NCBI GenBank assembly: GCA_963823915.1 | Contig: CAWGNJ010000006.1 | Span: forward strand, 82,225 to 146,224 | Direction of reading: 5' to 3' | DNA: 64,000 nt | DNA from: an uncultured Actinomycetota bacterium | GTDB taxonomy: Bacteria; Actinomycetota; Acidimicrobiia; Spongiisociales; UBA4744 | In this document: one piece after another, positions 52,442 through 62,901 of the stretch | Position numbering within the stretch: position 1 is the first letter of the stretch | Layout: each line of letters opens with the position of its first letter | Notes under the pieces: generated by a model | What the model was told of the DNA's origin: nothing | Seen by the model: only the letters and a program-made list of their open reading frames with translations | The model's database searches: none | Made by a program: the position numbers and the translations under genes

Positions 52442-53578
52442 CTAAATGAGTTCGAGAAGAGTGGCCACATACGCCTCGTATGTGTGGTGTGACCGGATGT
52501 AAGCGGGACCGGCTTCGAGAGCTCCTTTCTGAAGGGAGGCGAGGCGACCGCGGCTGGACTCAAGGCTGGTTGCCAGGGCACCGGGCTCATGCGAAGCTGC
52601 CACGACAGCGCCCGGATAGTCGGGCGGCAATTGGTCTTGAAGGGTTGGTGTCGTCAACAGCGGAATCCCCGCGCCAAGACCCTCGAGGAGTACGCCCGAC
52701 GCGCCTCCGTCGTCGCCAAAACTGGCTCGGTACGGCAGCACCAACAAGGAGGCTTCCGCATAGTGCCGGCGGAGCTCTTCGTCGTTCACGAATCGATCGA
52801 TCCATTGGACCCGGTCCATCGGGAATCGAGCTTCCAGGTCCCGGCGCACATCTGGTTTCTGCTTCCCGACAATGTCGAGTGACCACAGCGACTGCGTGTT
52901 CTGTATTGCCTCGAGAAGAACTGGCAAGCCTTTTTCGGAACGGGCTTGTCCGACAAAAAGCAGGCGGGGAGTTCCCGCGGGAGCATTGCGGGGCGGCTCC
53001 GGCGTCGACTGAGACGCTGAGGTCACCGGATACGGCTGGGCAGTGATCCGCTCTTCCGAAACAAACCCTGAAAGCACATCCTTCGCACGATTCGTGTGGA
53101 CCACGACTCGGGCGCTCCGTCCGGTGAGGCGGGCCAGGCGCCGCCGCAGAACGGCTGTACGGACCTTGCCGAGATTCGAGCGGTGGGCGTAGGTGTATTG
53201 ATGAGCATGGTGCAGCACATGGATTCGGGTTCTGGTTCGTTCGAGGGAGGAAGGCAAGGCCCAGACGTTCTTGTCAAGATTGAGTTCCCAGATGGAATCA
53301 ACGTCTTGGGTCTGACAGAGGGCGGCGACCCGATGGAGTTGCCGGCGGCCTTGCTTGACCTGGCGGAGACCGATGGTTGAGACCTCGAACCACGAGTCGG
53401 CCGGTTGGGTAGACAGGGAGGGCGGCTTGACAGGTGAGCAAGCCAGGACTTCCACGCCTGCCGCCAAGAGGGCTCGGGCGATCCCTTCCATGTAGCCGGT
53501 GTGGTGACCATCATCGACGTCGTCGTACAGGCACACTCTCACAATGGGAAACCTCGGTCGGAATTTCTCCGGGTCCAA
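52442..53578 (-). CDS. GT4-family glycosyltransferase
   Basis: GQARSEKGLPVLL; GGASGVLLEGLGAGIPLLTTP. Confidence 0.8.
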   Translation of the reverse strand: MDPEKFRPRFPIVRVCLYDDVDDGHHTGYMEGIARALLAAGVEVLACSPVKPPSLSTQPADSWFEVSTIGLRQVKQGRRQLHRVAALCQTQDVDSIWELNLDKNVWALPSSLERTRTRIHVLHHAHQYTYAHRSNLGKVRTAVLRRRLARLTGRSARVVVHTNRAKDVLSGFVSEERITAQPYPVTSASQSTPEPPRNAPAGTPRLLFVGQARSEKGLPVLLEAIQNTQSLWSLDIVGKQKPDVRRDLEARFPMDRVQWIDRFVNDEELRRHYAEASLLVLPYRASFGDDGGASGVLLEGLGAGIPLLTTPTLQDQLPPDYPGAVVAASHEPGALATSLESSRGRLASLQKGALEAGPAYIRSHHTYEAYVATLLELI

Positions 53579-53717
53579 AACTCGCTCAGCACGGGGCTAA
53601 TCGTCCTCTGTGGGCGTACGTTAGGCCTTTCGAATTTACACGCGAATAAATCTGAAGTACGGCGGCCAGTTTTCATGAGTCCAGACTTTCCCTTGCCCTT
53701 GTACGCAACGCGGTCGA

Positions 53718-53745
53718 ACAGCTATTCTGAGTGGTGGGAGGTTGT
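53718..53745 (+). promoter_or_regulatory. second copy of the CTATTCTGAGTGGTGGGAGGT motif, ~60 nt upstream of the GT2 start
   Basis: See 38091-38121. Confidence 0.3.
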
Positions 53746-53805
53746 TGACATACCGGGGCAATCGTCCTTCACTGAATACACCGCCAACCCAGGAGTTTCC
53801 ATCGT

Positions 53806-54781
53806 ATGACCCGCGACCCCACGTGCCAGCGTCGGCCTACCCGTCTACAACGGTGAGGCATTCATCGCCGACGCACTTGATTCGGTGCTCGCTCAGACAT
53901 TTGACGAGTGGGAAGTGATCATCTGTGACAACGCCTCGACTGATGGGACGGCAGAGATCTGCATGGCGTATGTCGAGAAGGATGAGCGGATTCGTTACTA
54001 CCGAAACGAAACGAATCTGGGCGCATCGAAGAACTACGAGCGTACCTATGAGTTGTCGAGTGGCGAGTACTTCTGTTGGTTGCCATCTGACGATGCAATG
54101 GAACCCGATTTCCTAGCTCGTTGCGTCGACATGCTGGACAACGACCCTGAGGTTGTCAACGCGTTTTCGCAATACCTCATCAGGAGCGGCACGGATGCCC
54201 CGGTGTCCCATGAGATCAGTCTTGACTCGGACATGCGGTTTGTGTCGACGTACCAAAGGGTGAGGAAACTGTTTCGCGAGCGCATCATCGGTCCCAACTG
54301 GCCCATGTTCGGGGTATACCGCTCGAGCATTCTGAAGGACACAGGTCGCCTCCGGCCGATGATCGGAGCGGACGATTATTTGACACTCGAAGTGGCGTTG
54401 ATGGGACAAGTCGGGCAGGTACCGGAACAGCTGTACGTGATCCGAACCCATCCCGATGCATGGCACGTAGCCCGGGAGTCCAAGGGCAAGGGGCTGCTGG
54501 CAAGGTTGCTGGGGACGGAGACTGTCTGGGCAGCCGCCTGGTTCGATCCGGCCAATGAGAAAATGCGGGTGGTTTTCCCGCATTGGCGGCGTCTGCAAGT
54601 GTTTGCCAGCCTGATTATGCGTTCCAAGACGGGTTTTGGCGAAAAGCTGAAGATGCTCGGATTGTTGCCCGTGTACGCCGTTCAGCACTGGCGCCGACTC
54701 GCCAAAGAACTTGTCGGTGGTGTAGCCCAGTTGATCGTCGTTCCGCTTCGAGCCCTGAAGAAGTCGCCGACCCCGTCCTAG
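53806..54781 (+). CDS. GT2-family glycosyltransferase, with an N-terminal frameshift near 53822
   Basis: ATG at 53806 gives MTRDPT, then the reading shifts to SVGLPVYNGEAFIADALDSVLAQTFDEWEVIICDNASTDGT...WLPSDD (DxD). Confidence 0.8.
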
Positions 54782-56302
54782 CTTGGTAGATCGGCGTCAA
54801 CGACGGCTTTCGGCCGTTCAGTCCGACGTCGACGTGCGCAATCCCGAACTTGGGGAAGAGGCCGCCAGGGGCGTACCCGAGGTATCTGTGGGCGCCGAGA
54901 ATGGCGACGAAATACACGCCCGCGCCGAGAACAGGTGCCCATCCCAGCATCCACCCGCTGTCGAGGTCAGGAACCCAGTTCTTGACCAAGGTGAGAACAC
55001 CCAGCATGAGCATTGCACTTGCGGCGGGGACCGCCAACGGGCGCAGGAGCGTCGCTGGTCGGGCTTGCAGAATTCTCGTCGCCACATAGAGGCCGACGAC
55101 AAAAGGAATCGCGGCGACGACGGTCGCCCAGGCCGCTCCGCGGATGCCCCACATGGTTGTAAACGGATAGATGAAGATGGCAAGCAGGACCACTGTTGCG
55201 GTCCACAGAATCGTATTGATGTAGGGCTTGCCGACGCCGTTGAACAACGGGTCCGTGGTGCCGGCTACCGCCCTGACCAGACCCCAAATCAGCAATACCT
55301 CGTAGGCGCCGAGGAGTGGCAGCCACTCGTCGGGTAGAAAGACTCCGACCGCGGTCGGGCCCAGAAACCACAGGCCGGCGGTGATCGGCATGGCCACAAG
55401 CGCGACCAATTGGAGAGCCTGTAGATAGGCGCCCCGGAGTTTGGGCAGGTCTCCCTGCAACTTGGACAGAGCCGGGAAAGCCACATCGTTGACGACGCCG
55501 GCGATCTGCTCGGTGATCAAGGCAGAGATCGTGAAGGCCATCTGGTAGAGCGCGAGGTCCTCGGTACTCAGTACCCGACCTACGACGATGTCGTCGAGAT
55601 TGAGCATCAGGAAGACCAGGATCATGGAGCCAAGAATCCAACTTCCGAACCGCACGAGATCCATCGTCTTCTCGCGATCGAAGCGGAGCCTCGGTCGGTA
55701 CCTGTGAGCGACGTATGAGCCGATCGTCATGGTCAACTGGTTGGCTACCCGCCCGAGTACCAGGGCCCACACGCTTTGCAGCAGGATGGCGGCGGTCACC
55801 GCCACAACCAGATCGACGACGTGCGGCAACGATCGATACACAAAACGTTGTCGGAACTGGAGTTCTTTGTCGAAGAACACGACTCCGATGTTGTTGAGAC
55901 CGTTGAGAAAGACCACCAGAGCTAGAGCGCGGATCACGTTCGCCGCCGCGTCCGTTGTGAAAGAAGGTCGCGATCAGCGGTGCGCCTGCCAGCAGGATGA
56001 CTGCCAGGATGACACCGCGGATCACCGTAATGGTCCAAGCGACATCGAGGTGATCCTTGATGTCGCCCTCGCGCTGAACCAAGGCCTGGCTAAAACCCGT
56101 CGTAGTGAAGGTCTCGAGGAGGGCGAGCGTTAGAAGAGCGATTCCCATGAGTCTCGACCTCGCCCGTCCCCAGGAAATTGGCCACGACGACGAGTCGCAC
56201 GATTCGCAACGATTTGGTGAGGCCGCTCAGGGCAAACGCCCAGAACCCGGCGTTGGCCGTGCGGCTCCTGAGCGAGTCACCTGGATGGAGGACCCACTGC
56301 AC
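54615..56302 (-). CDS. Wzx-type polysaccharide flippase (MOP/MATE superfamily), with 2 frameshifts; true 3' end probably near 54.88 kb
   Basis: Three frames carry consecutive Wzx segments: ANAGFWAFALSGLTKSLRIVRLVVVANFLG, then MGIALLTLALLETFTTTGFSQALVQR, then ALALVVFLNGLNNIGVVFFDKELQFRQRFVY, followed by more TM helices. The C-terminal ~80 residues look out-of-frame. Confidence 0.7.
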
Positions 56303-56357
56303 GACCCGGCGGACTTTTCCGGTGGGTCGCGTCGTCGCCGGTTCAGGGTGCGGGGAC

Positions 56358-57023
56358 TCAGGCACTGTGGTGACCTGATCCCAGCACCACCTTTTCACCG
56401 TAGAAAGCTTCGGCGAAGCCACTTTCCGCCCGGCACTCAACGCCGCGCACCCGCATCAAGGCTCCGAAGGTCTCGGAGGTGAACCAGTACTTCTCATGTT
56501 GGGAAGCGAAAGCGTCGAGCAGATTGGTCGCCTTGCGGTCGGCGTTTTCGGCATCGATCGGCATGTAGATGTTCGGGGAGCCCAATCCGCCGTCATATTT
56601 GAGGATCTCGTACTGGAGGATCAGGTTCTTGCGGAACGTCTGGGCCGTCACCTCGGAGATCAGGCGGTGATCTTGATGCAGGTCATCTCGCCAGTGCGTG
56701 AATATCACATCCGGGTCAATCTCCGGTGACAGTTCACGGAACCGTTCCTTGATCTCTCGGAAGGAATTGGGGAAGAACCCGTCCTCGAAGTCGAAAACTT
56801 CAATGGATGCCAGTCGGTCGCCGGCGAATAGGGAGGCACTGCGCCGGGCCTCGGCGTGACGTTGGCCTGCGGCGCTGAAGACCCTCCAGTGCACGGAAGC
56901 TCCCGGGAGGTCGTTGAGGAGTTGCAGCAAGGTGGCGCCGCAACCGATCTCGATGTCATCGCTGTGGGCACCAAGGCAGAGAATGGAAGGGCTTTGAGTG
57001 TCCAACTGAAGATGTCCCACCAC
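56358..57023 (-). CDS. PIG-L/LmbE-family N-acetylglucosaminyl deacetylase
   Basis: ILCLGAHSDDIEIGCG (HxDD zinc site). Confidence 0.75.
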   Translation of the reverse strand: MVGHLQLDTQSPSILCLGAHSDDIEIGCGATLLQLLNDLPGASVHWRVFSAAGQRHAEARRSASLFAGDRLASIEVFDFEDGFFPNSFREIKERFRELSPEIDPDVIFTHWRDDLHQDHRLISEVTAQTFRKNLILQYEILKYDGGLGSPNIYMPIDAENADRKATNLLDAFASQHEKYWFTSETFGALMRVRGVECRAESGFAEAFYGEKVVLGSGHHSA

Positions 57024-57030
57024 TGGTCCC

Positions 57031-57821
57031 TCAATCCCCGTTGCGCGGGTTCCACACCTGCCACGGTGCCGTTCCCGATGCGTGTAGTTGGTCGAGCCGC
57101 TGCTTGTCTTTGAATGTATCCATTGGAGCCCAGAAACCCGTGTGCCGGTGGGCATACAACTGGTCGGCAGTGATCAAACGTTCGAATGGCTGTTCAACCA
57201 GTTCTTCGCCTTTCTCCATGTAGTCGAATGTCTCTTGCTTGAGTACGAAGTAGCCGCCGTTGATCCAGAAACCCGCCTTGCTGATCTGGTGGGTATCCGT
57301 CACCCGGCCGAGGTCGTCGATCTCCACCGTGTGGTAACTCCCCGGTGGAGGTACGGCCACGAAACCGGCTACTTTGCCTGAGCTCTTGAAGGCGTCGAGG
57401 TAGTCGGGAAGGTTGAGGTCGGTGACGCCGTCGGCATAGTTGGCCATGAACATCTCTTCACCCTCAAGATGAGAACGCAAGCGAACCAGACGTTCCCCGA
57501 TGTTCGATCTGGCACCGGTATCGACGAACGTTATCTTCCAGTCGTGAATGTCGCTGTTCGCCAGGTCGATCTTCTTTCCGCCCTCTGAGAATACAAAGTC
57601 GTTGGACGCTGTCTCGTCGTAGTTGAGAAAGAAGCTCTTGATAGCGTCGGCTCGGTAGCCAAGGGCCAGAATGAACTCCTTGTGCCCGAAGTGGGCGTAG
57701 TACTTCATCAGGTGCCAGAGGATTGGGCGGTATCCGACGGGCACCATCGGTTTGGGGATTGTCTCGGAGTACTCGCCGAAGGCGGGTGCCTTCCCCTCCG
57801 CAAAAGATCACCACCTTCATG
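57031..57821 (-). CDS. rfbF: glucose-1-phosphate cytidylyltransferase, with a frameshift near 57783
   Basis: MKVVIFCGGEGTRL N-terminus in one frame; EYSETIPKPMVPVGYRPILWHLMKYYAHFGHKEFILALGYRADAIKSFFLNY... is RfbF/DdhA-specific. Confidence 0.8.
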
Positions 57822-59115
57822 AGGTCTTCTCCCAGTTCGGGTAGGTGCACTGCTCCTGCCAGAGGCGCCATCCGACGGAGTCGGCCGGGGTGTCAATGTC
57901 GGCCATGGTCAGGGGTTGGTCTTTGGCGATGGGCCTCACCACTTTGCATCGATCGGTTAGTCCCTCGGGCACGAGATCCTCGGCGCGGGCTTGCAGGCTG
58001 TTCTCCATGATTCCATAGACCGTGAAGCCGCCGATCCCGTCCAAGACGTCACCGGGTTGAAGGTCCTTTTTGGCGTACGCGATCACGTCTGTCACCGGGG
58101 CACCGAGCGGGGTCATGGCCGCATCGCCGAATATGGCCGCCCGGGCGATTGTGACCGGAGTCTCGAGCGGTCCGAGGTGGGACGGCACGTAGAACGTGTA
58201 GAGCGGGCCCTCGCCCATCTTGTACACCTTCATGTACCGCTGCATCCACTTCTCGTCGTTGTAGCCCAGCACGAATACTCCAAAGCTCGGTTCGGCTCCG
58301 AGGATGTAGTCGACATAGCCGGGGCCGTTGATGAGTTGTTCTGATCGAACACATCGGGAGCCTCCTCAACTCGACTACAGCGAGGCCCGTGCATGCCCGC
58401 GGGTCATGACCCCGAATCCGGTGCCGTTGGCCAAGGTGGCCATCTCGAAGGCGATCTTTGACCCGTCGGCGAAGCTGGTGATCATCTTGGGGCGTTGCCA
58501 CACGTTCTTGGCAAACTCCGCCTGGGTCTCGGGGGTCCGGTAGTAGTCGAGCAACGACTTGATGTTGCCGAGCAAAACCGGTCGGAAACCCAACGTCTTG
58601 ACCTGGCGCATCAGATTCATCAGGACTGCCGGTTGGTCGCCATCCATATCGGTCAGCACCACCCCGGCTGCGTCCGCTTTGGTCTTGAGGATTGGGCCGA
58701 GGGTGGCGTCCAATTCGGCGTTGACCAGCACGATGTGCTTGCGGGCCTCGATGCCGGCCAGCACGACCCGGGCGGCATGTTCCACCTCACCGGTGGCGTC
58801 GACCAGCACATCGGTTCCGGGAGCGGAAGCCGCCATGACCGGATCGGTCGTTACGGCCAGTTGGCCGGCGGTTATCGCAGCTTGCAGCGCAGTTTCGTCT
58901 TCAACGACGACGTAGTCCGCGATCTCCAAATTGGAGAGGGCCTGCTCGATTGTGGCCATGGTGCGGTTGGCGATGACCGACAAGCGGATCCCGGGGGTTG
59001 GTCGCTTCAGCTGGAGAATCAAACCTTGGGCCGCAAAACCGGCGCCACTCAATACGACCCGGATCGGGTTGCCCGCCGCTTCCCGTTGTTGGAGTGCTTC
59101 GTCGATGATGATCAT
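57817..59115 (-). CDS. NAD(P)-binding oxidoreductase with C-terminal SAF domain (COG4091-like), split in two frames
   Basis: N-terminal Rossmann VVLSGAGFAAQG in ORF 58375-59115. The C-terminal SAF-like region is in ORF 57817-58272. The overlap implies a frameshift near 58300-58375. Confidence 0.55.
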
Positions 59116-59667
59116 GGCTTCCTTCCTTCGAGCCGGGACATGAAATCCGGCCAGCTCAAGTCTTTCTCAGAGACGATCACACCGTCGGTGATCGGCCACT
59201 CGATACCAAACGACGGGTCGTCCCAGCGAGCTCCGATTTCTACTCCCGGCTCGAACGGAGCGGAGGCGGTATAGATCACTTCGCTGTTGTCCTCGAGAGC
59301 CTGATAGGCGTGGGCGCACCCGGCCGGAACGGCCATCGCCAAGCGATTGTCGGGCGAAAGCTCTACACCCGTCCATCGAAGGTAGGTTGGTGAGCCCGGG
59401 CGTACGTCGACACAAACGTCAAAGACCCGTCCGGCGATACAGCGCACGAACTTGGCCTCCGGGTACGGATCCGGGCGCCAGTGCAGGCCTCGGATCATTC
59501 CTGACTGGTTCGATTGAGACATGTTGATCTGGGCGATGTGGCCGTCCACTCCTGCCTGCGCCATCTCGTCGGCGCACCAGGCGCGGGCGAAATAGCCACG
59601 CTCGTCCGTGAACGGCTCCAGTTCAACGATCCGGCAGCCTTCAACCTCGGTCGGAACGAACTTCACG
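59112..59667 (-). CDS. NDP-4-keto-6-deoxyhexose 3,5-epimerase (RmlC/RfbC-like cupin)
   Basis: GTG start giving MKFVPTEVEGCRIVELEPFTDERGYFARAW...GLHWRPDPYPEAKFVRC...VSEKD. Confidence 0.75.
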
Positions 59668-60705
59668 TCATACCCGCCAGAAGAATTGATCGTCGATCTG
59701 ACCGGTCTCGAGCAGATACTGGATCTGCTTGAGACGCCGATGCCGCCGCGAAGTGAGGAATCGAAGAGTCGAACTCGACACGATCGAAGATCTCGCGGAG
59801 CTCGGCGACCCCTTGCGGACATCCCAGTCAGCCGAGAACCCGGGTAGATTGGGTGTTGATCTTGTCGAAGTCGACGCGATAGTTGCGGGTGTCGCCGCCC
59901 ATGTTCGCCGATCATGACCTCACAACCGGGTATCTCCTCGCCGATGATCGTGCAGATGTCGCGCACCTGATAGTTGGCCCGGGAGTCCCCAACATTGAAG
60001 GCTTCGGCTCGAACGGCGTCGGCGGGTGCTTCCATGGCGCAGATCATCGCCCGGGAAATGTCTCTGATGTGAACAAACGGCCGCCAGGGGGTTCCGTCGC
60101 TCTCCAAGACCAGCTTGCGGTCCAGGTAGGCCATGGCCGTCAACTCATTGACGACGAGGTCGAAGCGCATCCGCGGGCTGGCGCCAAAGGCCGTGGCGTT
60201 CCGCAGAAACACGGGGGTGAAAGAGTCGTCGGCCATTGGGCGGAGATCGTTCTCGACTTTCACTTTGCATTTGGCGTATGCCGTGATCGGGGCGGTGGCG
60301 GACTGCTCGTTGCTCAATTCGTCGCTTTCCCCGCCGCTGGCGCCGTACACGCTGCACGAGGACGCATAGACGAACCGTTCGACTCCGGCCTGCTTTGGCC
60401 ATTTCGGCGAGCCGGACGGTGCCTCGATGGTTGATTTTGTAGGTGAGTTCGGGGTCGAGTTCGCCGACCGGATCGTTGGAGAGGTCCGCGAGATGAATGA
60501 TGGCATCGAACCCTTCGAGTTGGCGGGGTTCGGTCAGCCGGGTGTCGAGACTGCGCCATTGCGGAGCAGCCTCGACGCCGTCGTAGAGCCATCCGACCCG
60601 GTGGTAGCCGGCGTCGTAGACGTGGACATCATGCCCTTGCTGCAGCAACTTCGGCCCCAGTACCGTGCCGATGTAACCCTCACCCCCGGTCAGCAATACC
60701 TTCAT
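59664..60705 (-). CDS. NAD-dependent sugar epimerase/dehydratase (extended SDR), C-terminal third scrambled by frameshifts
   Basis: MKVLLTGGEGYIGTVL (GxxGxxG), then ERFVYASSCSVYG...YAKCK (YxxxK) in a second frame. The C-terminus RRLKQIQYLLETGQIDDQFFWRV-stop overlaps the RmlC start. Confidence 0.65.
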
Positions 60706-60788
60706 TCGTAGTCCTCCCTGGTCTGCACAGATTCATGTGCTTGTTCTTTTGACAAAACAATCCGGCGTCCCCAACGCCACCCAAGCTG

Positions 60789-60986
60789 ATGGACCGGCCA
60801 GGACGAGGCCAACCCACTGAAAGCATAGGCGCAGTGATGCCTCCCAATGATTCGATCCCAACGACCACTCGGAGTGGTCAATCCGGTTCCAGCCTAGACG
60901 ATTCTGGCCGCTCTGGAAAGAGCCAACCGGTGCCAAGGCAACCGCGTAGCAGCGCGCACAGGGTAAGGTGTGGCCACGCGCTATGA
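60789..60986 (+). CDS. small ORF (65 aa) translationally coupled (ATGA) to the B2 gene: candidate RiPP precursor, low confidence
   Basis: Stop TGA overlaps ATG 60983 of the downstream gene. Contains ...IPTTTR|SGQSGSSLDD..., which is Thr at -2 and Asp at core position 9 if cleaved after R. However, the composition (R/P/S/G-rich) is also compatible with a spurious high-GC ORF, and there is no clear RBS. Confidence 0.25.
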   Translation: MDRPGRGQPTESIGAVMPPNDSIPTTTRSGQSGSSLDDSGRSGKSQPVPRQPRSSAHRVRCGHAL

Positions 60987-61387
60987 CAGAAAGATCCAGG
61001 CTTCCGCTTCCCGACAAATTCCGGCTCCTAGTTCGGATCTGGACGTCGTATGCCATGGTTTTGGCTCGATCCCGTCGACCTCTTCCGAGACAGATGCAAG
61101 CCCTGGGAAACAAACCCGGTCGACGCCCTCTCCCGGTGGGTTCCGACAGATTGGGCAGGGCCATTCACCGCGGCCTCAGATTCGGTCCTATTGCCCCGCG
61201 CTGTCTGCCGAAGGCGATGGTCATGTTCGAGATCCTCAAGGAACAGGGTGAGGCCCCGGAACTGGTGATTGGCTTGCCCGACCAGGCCAGCAGTCACGAG
61301 GCGCACGCCTGGGTAGAACTGGATTCGATCGATGTGGGTCCGCCCCCCGGACGGGCCGGTCATGACGAAATGGTCAGATACTCATAG
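60968..61387 (+). CDS. lasso-peptide B2-type transglutaminase-like cysteine protease (PF13471 family)
   Basis: APRCLPKAMVMFEILKEQGEAPELVIGLPDQASSHEAHAWVELD carries the Cys...His-x-AWVE catalytic signature of B2 proteases. About 135 aa. Confidence 0.65.
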   Translation: MWPRAMTERSRLPLPDKFRLLVRIWTSYAMVLARSRRPLPRQMQALGNKPGRRPLPVGSDRLGRAIHRGLRFGPIAPRCLPKAMVMFEILKEQGEAPELVIGLPDQASSHEAHAWVELDSIDVGPPPGRAGHDEMVRYS

Positions 61388-61480
61388 TGGTTCAGGGAAC
61401 TCGAAATGAAAAAATGACCCGAGATCGAGTACATTTGGCGCTCAACAATCGGGAGGGTTGATCTGATCGCCGATACCGCT

Positions 61481-61756
61481 GTGGTGGTGCACAATCCGAG
61501 AGCGGAATACCGCGGACTCGATGAGGGCGGTTTATTGACCCAATTGGACACCGGCCAGCACCACGGCCTCAATCCGGTCGGAGCATTGATCTGGTCGCTG
61601 ATCGACGGCCAGACATTCACAGAACTGGTTGAGGCCGTCAGGGGTCATCTGTCCGAACCGCCCCCTGAACTAGTCGAGGACATGGCTGAATTCATCGAAG
61701 CGATGAGAGGGCGCAAGTTGGTCGACGTGACCGAGCCAGAGTCGCCGCTGAATTAG
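61481..61756 (+). CDS. PqqD-like RiPP recognition element protein (lasso B1-like)
   Basis: YRGLDEGGLLTQLDTGQHHGLNPVGALIWSLIDGQTFTELVEAV fits the PqqD/RRE pattern (...LN.vGa.IW.l.dG..t..el...). Confidence 0.6.
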   Translation: MVVHNPRAEYRGLDEGGLLTQLDTGQHHGLNPVGALIWSLIDGQTFTELVEAVRGHLSEPPPELVEDMAEFIEAMRGRKLVDVTEPESPLN

Positions 61757-62886
61757 TGGCACGCCCACACCCCGCCCTGATCGAACTCGCTGCCAACCGG
61801 GCCTTGCCTCCGATCGGTGATCTTGCGGGGTTTCTGGGCTCCGCTCTCGAACACAGGATGATCGGCCTCGTGTGGAATCGGGTAAAAGCAGGCGAATTGG
61901 TGCTGGAGCCCGACGATCACCGAAATCTGGCTGCCGAGAGCCTCAAGACTGAGTTTCGCCACCACCAACTGTCAGCGGCGCTCAGCCGTGCCAGTGAACG
62001 CCTCTTGGAGAAAGGTATTGAAGTTGCGACGTTCAAGGGGGTGGCGGCCGAACAACGATGGTATGACCAGGTGGGCGATCGTCCCTGTTGGGACGTCGAT
62101 CTGTTGTTGGCCCCGCACAACCTCGACCGGGCGGGCGAACTGATTGAGATCCTCCAACCCAAAATGCGAAACGACGGACGGCTCCAGCGACTCGTTGACT
62201 CCGGAGCTCTGCAGACCATTGACATCGAGTTTGACGGTGTCGTGCTCGATCTCCATTTCGATCTCTTCAAACTTGGGTTTCGAAGCCGCCAGCAGAAACT
62301 GCTCTGGGAGCGAAGCTTGATGGTGTCTCTACCGGGGGGAGAATCCGTCCGCGCTCTAGATGGGGAAATCTCGCTGATCTTCTCGCTACTCCATCTCAAT
62401 CGAGACCGATTTGCCAAGCTCCTGGGCTTTGCCGAAGTGGTGCGGATAGTCGAACGCCAGGAAATTGACTGGGATTTCGTTGAGGCATTCGTGGAGGTAG
62501 AGGGTCTGGAGACTTCACATCGGTTGGCTCTCGGCGTTGTCTGCGAAACGTTGGGGATCGAACCTCCTGTACCCGTCGCCACGGCCGGTTGGCGAAGCAA
62601 GGCGTGGAGCGCATTGTGGCCACCTGAGCAACGGTTGTTGGGAGAAGAAGGCCGGCTCAGCTTCGGACGCCGGAGCGTCCTGGCGTTTTCCTTCCTTGTT
62701 CGAGGTCGGAAAGGCGACGCAGCTCGGTACGTACTGAGGCGTATGTTGCCGAATCGCGACATGGTCGATGTGGTTCACCCGGGCACCCAGGGCCCCTACC
62801 TGTGGCGACTGGTCAACGCTCGAGTCGGCCAGCGGATGAAAAGAAGGCGTGAGCGAAGGGCTCTCGAGCAGGCCAGGGGGTCCTGA
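61756..62886 (+). CDS. PF14907-type nucleotidyltransferase-family protein (the class often co-located with lasso/RiPP clusters)
   Basis: 376 aa. ATFKGVAAEQRWYDQVGDRPCWDVDLLLAP is an NTase G..D.D motif. The start overlaps the B1 stop. Confidence 0.6.
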   Translation: MARPHPALIELAANRALPPIGDLAGFLGSALEHRMIGLVWNRVKAGELVLEPDDHRNLAAESLKTEFRHHQLSAALSRASERLLEKGIEVATFKGVAAEQRWYDQVGDRPCWDVDLLLAPHNLDRAGELIEILQPKMRNDGRLQRLVDSGALQTIDIEFDGVVLDLHFDLFKLGFRSRQQKLLWERSLMVSLPGGESVRALDGEISLIFSLLHLNRDRFAKLLGFAEVVRIVERQEIDWDFVEAFVEVEGLETSHRLALGVVCETLGIEPPVPVATAGWRSKAWSALWPPEQRLLGEEGRLSFGRRSVLAFSFLVRGRKGDAARYVLRRMLPNRDMVDVVHPGTQGPYLWRLVNARVGQRMKRRRERRALEQARGS

Positions 62887-62901
62887 GGGGCGGGCCCGGG
62901 T

